64,000 bases of DNA. It comes from an uncultured Candidatus Saccharibacteria bacterium (GTDB lineage Bacteria; Patescibacteriota; Saccharimonadia; Saccharimonadales; CAIOMD01). The stretch is taken from positions 69,829 through 133,828 of the forward strand of contig CAZMHM010000001.1 in NCBI GenBank assembly GCA_964566135.1. Reading direction: 5' to 3'. The number at the start of each line of letters is the position of its first letter. The stretch's first letter is position 1. The translations under genes were made by a program, and so were the position numbers. Under the pieces are notes generated by a model. It made no database searches. It was not told the DNA's origin and saw only the letters and a list, made by a program, of their open reading frames with translations. Positions 8,185 through 14,446 of this stretch are shown in pieces.

Positions 8185-9642
8185 TCAGGCAGCCGTGACG
8201 GTGACCTGTCCCAGGGTGATGTCCTTCAGGAGCTGGGTGTGAGCCGCGTCGCGGTAGGCCTTGAAGCCCACCACTACGGTCACGGTCTGCCCCTTGATGA
8301 CACCGAACTGGTCGAGCGGGACGTTGGTCGTTCCACCCGTGGTCAGGTTCGTGTTGACGGTCTTGTCACCGATGGTGACCGTTCCGACGTAGAACCTGAT
8401 GCTGGCGGGCACCGTGAAGGTGACGTTGCTCACCGAGCAGCTTGCGCAACCCAGCGACACCGTCACCGTGGCACCTGCCCACGGCGGGCAGACGATCTCG
8501 ACCGGCGAACCGATCTTGACGTATGCCGACGTGCAGACACCCTTCACGGAGATGCAGTAGGACGCTTGAAGCTTCATCCCGTCAGGGAGCTTCTTGACGA
8601 CCGAACCACACGAACCACCGTTGACCGTGAGTACGGCAACGGCCTTACCGGTCGCAACGTCAGTCCAGGTCCAGTGCTGCTGGCTTGCACCAGCAGGCAC
8701 ACAGGCCGGCTTGAGCGTCACAGTGGCGACTCCGTAGCAGTTGGTCGTGCACTGCGCCACGACGGCCGGACGAGCCGGCTGACCGCCGACAGTCCACTTG
8801 GTCGTGTAGTTGACCATGAAACCGCCGATGAGCAACCGCTGCGTGCCGGGTGCGGCCACCGTGAAGGTAGCCTTGAGCCAGCTCGGCGCAACAGCGACGA
8901 CAGACCCGTGAGGGTAGCCGACGCCGGTACGCGTCACAACGGTTGATGCCATGCCCTTGCTGTTGGTGACAGCCACCTTGCGGCTCAGCGTGCCGTTGGC
9001 GACGCTGAACGTGACCTTGATACCAGCCGGGGCAGGCAGACCAGCCGTCGTCGTCAGACGAGCGACGATGGTTGCATGCTGTCCGGGCAGGATCTTGGCG
9101 GGGGAGACGGTCGAAGTGAGCTTGTAGGGCCCAGTCTTCTGCGTCAGCATCATCTTGACCTTGGCCTGGACCGACGAACTCACCTTGTGGTTCGTGACGA
9201 GCCAGGCGTAGTACTTCTGCAGAGGCTTGTCACCCCGCAGAATCCAGTAGCTGAACGCAAGCGCCGCAGCTACATCCTTGTTCGTCGTGCGTACGTACTG
9301 GTTGACGAGCATCTTTGCTCGCGCCGAGTTCGCAGCGGTCATCCCCGGGATGTTCCCGGTGACGATGAACGAGCTCTTGCTGATGCCGGCACTCTTCATC
9401 GAGTCCGAGCAAAGCCCGAGCTCGAGTTCGTGCCTCCAGGTGTAGGCGTACACCGGCTTGGCGTAGCCGAGCTTGGGTGCGGCCGGGTAGATGATGCCCA
9501 AGTAGGGCTTGGCGTAGACGGTTGCAGCACTGGCCGGAGCCGCGGTCGTGACGGACACGACAGCGACAACACCAGCGACCATGGCGATGGATGCGAGGCT
9601 GGCTACTCCACGAAGGAACAGCCGGCGCAGCGTCTCATACAC
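8185..9642 (-). CDS. secreted Cys-rich protein with twin-arginine-type signal peptide and Ig-like (Big-like) middle region; high-GC foreign-looking gene
   Basis: GTG at 9642 is preceded by GGAGGAGCAGAAAGGAAG. N-terminus VYETLRRLFLRGVASLASIAMVAGVVAVVSVTTAAPASA/A fits (S/T)RRxFL plus an h-region and AxA. The beta-rich segment ATIVARLTTTAGLPAPAGIKVTFSVANG resembles bacterial Ig-like domains. Nine Cys fall in the C-terminal third. Codons are strongly GC3-biased, unlike neighbouring genes. Confidence 0.75.
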   Translation of the reverse strand: MYETLRRLFLRGVASLASIAMVAGVVAVVSVTTAAPASAATVYAKPYLGIIYPAAPKLGYAKPVYAYTWRHELELGLCSDSMKSAGISKSSFIVTGNIPGMTAANSARAKMLVNQYVRTTNKDVAAALAFSYWILRGDKPLQKYYAWLVTNHKVSSSVQAKVKMMLTQKTGPYKLTSTVSPAKILPGQHATIVARLTTTAGLPAPAGIKVTFSVANGTLSRKVAVTNSKGMASTVVTRTGVGYPHGSVVAVAPSWLKATFTVAAPGTQRLLIGGFMVNYTTKWTVGGQPARPAVVAQCTTNCYGVATVTLKPACVPAGASQQHWTWTDVATGKAVAVLTVNGGSCGSVVKKLPDGMKLQASYCISVKGVCTSAYVKIGSPVEIVCPPWAGATVTVSLGCASCSVSNVTFTVPASIRFYVGTVTIGDKTVNTNLTTGGTTNVPLDQFGVIKGQTVTVVVGFKAYRDAAHTQLLKDITLGQVTVTAA

Positions 9643-9695
9643 AATGCACTTCCTTTCTGCTCCTCCGAAGAGGGCAAAGGACTCTACCACCAGTT

Positions 9696-9742
9696 GGCAG
9701 AGTACACACAAACCCACCATATGTGCTTGTGTGTACTCTGCC
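9696..9742. promoter_or_regulatory. perfect 16-bp-arm palindrome upstream of the cassette gene (operator or hairpin)
   Basis: GGCAGAGTACACACAA (9696-9711) and TTGTGTGTACTCTGCC (9727-9742) are exact reverse complements with a 15-nt loop. It lies between the right IR and the GTG start and overlaps a TTGTGT...TAGAGT promoter-like pair on the minus strand. Confidence 0.5.
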
Positions 9743-9747
9743 GATGT

Positions 9748-9765
9748 GTAACAATCCAATATGTC
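9748..9765. repeat. right arm of perfect 18-bp inverted repeat (GTAACAATCCAATATGTC)
   Basis: Exact reverse complement of 8112..8129. Confidence 0.9.
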
Positions 9766-9903
9766 AAAGTGCGTGCCTCGTAAAGCGAGCTAAACTGGCA
9801 TCGCGCCTCTGATGTTACTCATAAAACCATGAGCAATTTCAGAGTATATATACTATAGCATAAATATGTATATTTTGCAAGATATACGAGCATAATATTG
9901 CAG

Positions 9904-9933
9904 TTGATGCAAGCACTATAACTGTGGTAGAAT
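9904..9933 (+). promoter_or_regulatory. putative sigma70-type promoter for rplK
   Basis: TTGATG (9904-9909), 18-nt spacer, then TGG-TAGAAT (extended -10, 9928-9933), about 95 nt upstream of rplK. Confidence 0.4.
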
Positions 9934-10028
9934 ACTTGGGTTACGCACTTCTATTTACTTTTAACAAATGGAAGGAGAGTAAGTAGGCACGCTTCAACAC
10001 GCCGAACACTCGAACGAAAGGATTTATC

Positions 10029-10457
10029 ATGGCAAAGCCCGTAAAGGCTAATTTAAAAATGAAAATTAAAGGCGGCCAAGCATCGGCAGCTCCTCCAGTA
10101 GGTAGCTCACTTGGTCAGCACGGTGTAAACATGATGGATTTTATTAATCCATTTAATGAATCTACCAAAGATCGCATGGGTCAAAACTTGACTGTGCACA
10201 TCACTATTTACGAAGATCGTACTATGGACTGGCGTATCGTTGGCACCCCAACTGACGACCTTATTCGAGCTAAGTTAAGCATCGATAAAGGTTCCGGCCG
10301 TCCAAATACCGAAAAAGTTAGCAAAAAGCTTACCGATACTCAGTTAACTGAGATAGCAGAAGCTAAAGCATCTGACATGAATACCGATGATATCCCAGCC
10401 GTGAAAAAAATGGTTGCCGGTACTGCTCGCAGTATGGGTGTCGAAATAGAGGGCTAA
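10029..10457 (+). CDS. rplK: 50S ribosomal protein L11
   Basis: KIKGGQASAAPPVGSSLGQHGVN matches the L11 N-terminal signature; 142 aa. Confidence 0.95.
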   Translation: MAKPVKANLKMKIKGGQASAAPPVGSSLGQHGVNMMDFINPFNESTKDRMGQNLTVHITIYEDRTMDWRIVGTPTDDLIRAKLSIDKGSGRPNTEKVSKKLTDTQLTEIAEAKASDMNTDDIPAVKKMVAGTARSMGVEIEG

Positions 10458-10458
10458 T

Positions 10459-10800
10459 ATGGCAACAACCGAAGGCTTTCCATCATCCAGCAGTAACTCA
10501 CAAAGAGATATCAATGAAGCTTTGTGGGAACAAGCAGTGGATGACGGAGCAAGCACTGGCGACTATGGCCCAGCACAAGTAATTGAGCTTACCCGTAAGC
10601 TTGACTTGCTAAGCCCGCAGATAGCAGCGGTTACTGCAGCCCAGGAACATCTCAAAGCAACCGTCGACTTTTTAGTGAAAGAAGCATATGACGACGGTAG
10701 GCCAGATAGGGACATCCTAAGCCATAAAGACTACCTTACGGCACGTGAACGGCTGTTAGCAGCCGAGCAGGCCCTACAGGAAGCATCAGCAAGAGTGTAA
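10459..10800 (+). CDS. hypothetical acidic coiled-coil protein inserted between rplK and rplA
   Basis: ATG lies 1 nt after the rplK stop, with GAGGG SD inside the rplK 3' end; 113 aa; no motif recognised. Confidence 0.5.
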   Translation: MATTEGFPSSSSNSQRDINEALWEQAVDDGASTGDYGPAQVIELTRKLDLLSPQIAAVTAAQEHLKATVDFLVKEAYDDGRPDRDILSHKDYLTARERLLAAEQALQEASARV

Positions 10801-10859
10801 ATTAATACGTAATTTGTGGGAGGCCATATGGCCGCTACGACCACGAAAGGACAACAATT

Positions 10860-11921
10860 ATGGCAGAAGCCAAGAAACCATCAAAGAAAGAAGAGCTATT
10901 AGCAGAAGCAAAGAAGCTAAAGCTAAGTGTATCTGCAAAAAACACTATTGTTCAGATAGAAGAAGCAATTGCAGAAGCTAAGGCAGCAAAACAGTCTACT
11001 GCTAAGGTAGCTGAACTCGTAGAAACCGAAGCTATTGCAGAGGCAATTGTCGAAGCAGAAGCAGAGATTGATGCCGAAGAAGCTAAGACTACTAAGGCTG
11101 GTAAGCACAGCGCTAAGGGACTTAAAGAGGCAGAAGAAAAAGCTGCAAAAGAAGAACGCAAAGCACACGCATCAGAAGCTAAAGCCGAAGAAGCAGCTAA
11201 GCCAAAAGTAATTATCAAAAGTCGTTCTCGTTTAGAGCGACAAGGCAAGAAGTTCCGCGCAGCGAGTGAACTTATTGATAAGACAAAAGAATATTCACTT
11301 AAAGAAGCACTTGAGCTTGCTATCAAGACAAGCCCAGTAAAATTTGATGCAACTGTAGAGTTGCACATTAAGCTTGGTGTTGACCCACGTCACGCTGACC
11401 AAAACTTGCGCGCTAATCTTGTATTGCCAGCAGGTACTGGTAAGAAGGTAACGATTGCAGTGTTAGCTGAAGCTGATGATGCAGCTGCAGCTCTAAAAGC
11501 TGGTGCTGATATCGCTGGTAGCGACGACTTAATGGCGCAACTTGATAAAGGTCTAATTAACTTCGACGTGCTAATCGCAACTCCAGCAATGATGCCAAAG
11601 CTTGGTAAGTACGCACGTGTCCTTGGCCCTAAGGGTCTTATGCCTAGCCCAAAGAGTGGCACAGTAACACCAGATGTTGCTAAAGCTGTTTCTGAAGCTA
11701 AAGCAGGACGTGTAGAATACCGTGTCGATAGCACCGGTATTGTCCATCTTGGTATCGGTAAAGTAAGTTTTGGCGCTGACAAGCTAGACCAAAACGCAAA
11801 GGCCGTACTAACGAGTATCCGTGGCGCGAAGCCAGCGAGCATTAAGGGCAACTATGTACAGTCTATCTACGTTACAAGTAGCATGGGCCCAAGCGTAAAA
11901 GTCCTTTCAAGCGAAATCTAA
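10860..11921 (+). CDS. rplA: 50S ribosomal protein L1 with ~120-aa Lys/Glu/Ala-rich N-terminal extension
   Basis: The canonical L1 core begins near residue 123 (KFRAASELIDKTKEYSLKEALE...LGVDPRHADQNLRANLVLPAGTGK). No canonical start codon lies near the core, so the extension is in-frame from the ATG with AAAGGA RBS. Confidence 0.9.
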   Translation: MAEAKKPSKKEELLAEAKKLKLSVSAKNTIVQIEEAIAEAKAAKQSTAKVAELVETEAIAEAIVEAEAEIDAEEAKTTKAGKHSAKGLKEAEEKAAKEERKAHASEAKAEEAAKPKVIIKSRSRLERQGKKFRAASELIDKTKEYSLKEALELAIKTSPVKFDATVELHIKLGVDPRHADQNLRANLVLPAGTGKKVTIAVLAEADDAAAALKAGADIAGSDDLMAQLDKGLINFDVLIATPAMMPKLGKYARVLGPKGLMPSPKSGTVTPDVAKAVSEAKAGRVEYRVDSTGIVHLGIGKVSFGADKLDQNAKAVLTSIRGAKPASIKGNYVQSIYVTSSMGPSVKVLSSEI

Positions 11922-11945
11922 ATACAGAACTTCGATTGACTTTAA

Positions 11946-11976
11946 TAGCCCCACAGTAATGTGGGGCTATTTTTTT
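11946..11976 (+). terminator. intrinsic terminator after rplA
   Basis: TAGCCCCAC-agtaat-GTGGGGCTA followed by TTTTTTT; overlaps the stop codon of the convergent gene. Confidence 0.7.
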
Positions 11977-13610
11977 ACTTGCATGGCGCGGTTAAGCGAA
12001 TTCATAGCACGGCTAAAACCAACTATGCCGTCTTGGTAGGCAATATATCTGTTACGCCATTCTGGGTCGAACTTGCTTTTAAAGCGTGCGAGGCCGGTAA
12101 ATCCAAAGAATCTGTTACCGTTTTGATAGACAAACTTCATAAAGTTAGTAATAACCGTAGTAGACTCATCGATATCGTCAATACCGACTAGCGGGCACAA
12201 GCCAAGATTGGCTGTTTCAAAACCTTGTTCTTCGATTGCTTTAAAGAAACTAATGAACATAAAATCATTTACATTTGGTGGTGCCGTAGCCTGGTGGCGC
12301 ATTAAGTCGACATTAGCCTCTGTTTTTGTGCCGGGAACTTGATTGGTAAAGGCAATGATTTCACCAGCTTCATTCTTAACGATAAGGATTGAGCAGCGAT
12401 TGATATATTCTGAATCAAAATAGCCAAGCATAAAGCTTCGCTCTGACTTACCGGGTAGCGTTAGCCAGCTATCAGACACCTCGCGTAGCGTCTGTACGAA
12501 CGAATCAGAAAAAGGTGGTGCGACCAGCTCGGCCGTAAAACCTTGCTTATCAAAGCGGTTCTTAACATTCCTAAAGTGCTTATTGCGAACAGTGACCGTA
12601 TTAAAGTGCTCAATCTTTATGATTGCCTCTTGTCCAAGTTTTTGGAGCTCAAATCCTAAATCCATCAATTGCTGCCGATAGGTGCTATCGATGTGCACAA
12701 ATGAAACGGTCCAGTCATTGATATGACATTCGTCAACAAACAGTTTTAGCAATTTTGGGATATCTGCCTCATTGCCCACCGGGTTACCAACTACCAAAGC
12801 AATGCCGCTCACGACCTTATAGGCGAGCGCCGACTCTCGATAGAAATAATAGTGCTTGTCGGCTGGCCAAATTTTAAAGAAGTCTTCGCTGTCACGGGAG
12901 TATTTTTCAAGTAGCGCTAGCATCGCTTCACGGTTTGAGGTTTGGTCGACATATGATTGTTTGATTGGCCCAAATAACGATATAAGCACATATGCGTAGG
13001 TCATCAGCGTCATAATATATAGCGAGTCTAAAAACAGATTGCCCGCTAGATTACGGGAGGTAAATTGCTCAGTAACAATACCAAATGCGTCAACAGTAGA
13101 TACGACTGCCGAGCTAAGCGTTACTTCCGTATCAAACGAACGTGCATCGAGCAGCATAAAGCCGAGCACCCCGTACACAAACATTAATGCAAGCGCCAAA
13201 ATAGCATTTCGAGATGCAACCTTAAGACTACTAATGCCGCTTTTAACAATAAAGTCACGCCGATATCGCATAAGCCCATAGAGCCCGATAGTTGCCAAGA
13301 ATGCGTCGAATAACTCGAGCGTAAAGAGACTACTCAATAAGTAGAATCCAAAGAGTACTACCGTAACGTACCATGCACTACGTTTTCGACGGCGCAATAA
13401 CAACGATAAATATATAAATGATAGTCCCGCTATGAGTGGTGCTGTTTGTGTTAGTTGAAATGGCACTAAATCTTGTGCCGTATCCCGCACTAGTGGCACT
13501 TTCGTAAATAACACTTCAAGTATTAGCGAAACACCAACAAGTAGTACAAAAACAGAAACTATCTTGATTGAAAGCTGCTCGGGTAACTTAATTTTTTGCA
13601 TTATCAACAT
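11967..13610 (-). CDS. aminoacyl-phosphatidylglycerol synthase-like protein (MprF C-terminal/DUF2156 type) with N-terminal TM domain
   Basis: About 6 N-terminal TM helices, then a soluble domain with ALAYKVVSGIALVVGNPVG, SERSFMLGYF and GLARFKSKFDPEWRNRYIAY, characteristic of the lysyl/alanyl-PG synthase domain. AGGAG RBS. Confidence 0.65.
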   Translation of the reverse strand: MLIMQKIKLPEQLSIKIVSVFVLLVGVSLILEVLFTKVPLVRDTAQDLVPFQLTQTAPLIAGLSFIYLSLLLRRRKRSAWYVTVVLFGFYLLSSLFTLELFDAFLATIGLYGLMRYRRDFIVKSGISSLKVASRNAILALALMFVYGVLGFMLLDARSFDTEVTLSSAVVSTVDAFGIVTEQFTSRNLAGNLFLDSLYIMTLMTYAYVLISLFGPIKQSYVDQTSNREAMLALLEKYSRDSEDFFKIWPADKHYYFYRESALAYKVVSGIALVVGNPVGNEADIPKLLKLFVDECHINDWTVSFVHIDSTYRQQLMDLGFELQKLGQEAIIKIEHFNTVTVRNKHFRNVKNRFDKQGFTAELVAPPFSDSFVQTLREVSDSWLTLPGKSERSFMLGYFDSEYINRCSILIVKNEAGEIIAFTNQVPGTKTEANVDLMRHQATAPPNVNDFMFISFFKAIEEQGFETANLGLCPLVGIDDIDESTTVITNFMKFVYQNGNRFFGFTGLARFKSKFDPEWRNRYIAYQDGIVGFSRAMNSLNRAMQVKK

Positions 13611-13732
13611 TGTAAACGACTCCTATAATATCTGCATCAAAAACTACAACAGACAGGCACTATTTGTTTGCTATTATTAAAGCAAAGGGTGGGAAACAAA
13701 AACGCAAAATAACGGATGAGGGAGCCAGTGGT

Positions 13733-14446
13733 ATGGGGGTATATAGTAATAAGCAAATTAGGCAGGCCCTAAAAGAGGGTCATATTGTTTGTCATCCGTT
13801 TAACGAGAAACATGTAAGCCACGCGAGCCTTGACGTCACACTTGGCTATTATTTTTATAGGGTCGAAAACGCCAATGAACGCGTTATGTATAACCCATTT
13901 GACCGCGAGGACGTCGAGCGTTATTTTGATGGGCCGTATAAGGCAGTCCCTCACAAGCAGTGGTGTGAACTTAATGGTCTTAAATTACAGCGCGGTATCC
14001 CAGAGGATCACCCAGTAATTGCACTTAAGCCTGGTGAGCGCATATTGGCGCATACGCATGAATTTTTTGGCATTAAACCGCCTGGTGCTTATGAGATAAA
14101 AAGCCGCTCGAGCTGGGGCAGAAATGGCGTAGCGGTATGCTTTGATGCCGGCTGGGTTGACCCAGGGTATATTAATCGTCTAACTCTTGAAATTTTTAAT
14201 CTGAATCAACGCGAAACAATCCTGCTCCCCGTCGGCGAGCGTATTGCCCAGGCTGTGTTTTACGAAACGGGTGAGGTGGAAGGAAATTATGGCGAAGGCA
14301 GGGACGGCGGCTTTAGTGGCAAATATCAACAGGGTACTGATTTACAGACTATTATCCCGTCGTGGTCACCAGACCAAATGCTACCTAAGGCATATCGTGA
14401 TTCACGAAACATGCCGGTAAAGATTGAGGGTTTGAGCTATGAGTAA
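13733..14446 (+). CDS. dcd: dCTP deaminase family protein (dUTPase fold), longer than typical
   Basis: N-terminal SNKQIRQALKEGHIVCHPF and core SRSSWGRNGVAVCFDAGWVDPGYINRLTLEIFNLN...GERIAQAVF match the Dcd/Dut fold. ATG has GAGGGAG SD; the track start 13664 is TTG. Confidence 0.75.
   Translation: MGVYSNKQIRQALKEGHIVCHPFNEKHVSHASLDVTLGYYFYRVENANERVMYNPFDREDVERYFDGPYKAVPHKQWCELNGLKLQRGIPEDHPVIALKPGERILAHTHEFFGIKPPGAYEIKSRSSWGRNGVAVCFDAGWVDPGYINRLTLEIFNLNQRETILLPVGERIAQAVFYETGEVEGNYGEGRDGGFSGKYQQGTDLQTIIPSWSPDQMLPKAYRDSRNMPVKIEGLSYE

Larger units (their letters stand above)
8112..9765. mobile_element. candidate non-autonomous inverted-repeat-bounded cassette carrying one foreign high-GC gene
   Basis: 18-bp perfect terminal inverted repeats. 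GC is about two-thirds inside (40/60 by hand count in 8201-8260) versus about 38-45% in flanking lines. Interrupts the conserved nusG-rplK junction. No transposase seen and no target-site duplication detected. Confidence 0.35.

Noticed and set aside
9643-9759. N-terminal 39-codon extension of the 524-aa track ORF (ATG at 9759)
   Set aside because: The extension would be translated across the right inverted repeat and the 16-bp palindrome, has no RBS and precedes the signal peptide. GTG at 9642 has a strong SD and gives a canonical signal peptide.
8173-9783. Plus-strand ORFs 8173..8946 (257 aa), 9076..9783 (235 aa) and smaller ones inside the high-GC cassette
   Set aside because: They are antisense shadows of the minus-strand gene, which is typical in high-GC DNA. 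They are Arg/Gly/Asp/His-rich with no RBS, signal or motif, whereas the minus-strand frame has an SD, a signal peptide and domain-like sequence.
10801-10859. L1-binding autoregulatory leader immediately upstream of rplA (GGGAGGCCATATGGCCGCTACGACC)
   Set aside because: It contains a perfect GGCCATATGGCC palindrome and a GGGAG. However, I cannot match it confidently to the 23S H77/78 mimic without a covariance model, so I kept it only as a remark under the rplK-rplA finding.
10923-11851. Minus-strand ORFs antisense to rplA (10923..11168, 10952..11368, 11390..11851)
   Set aside because: They are low-complexity Ser/Ala/Phe/Cys translations of the reverse strand of a highly conserved ribosomal protein gene, with no independent signals.
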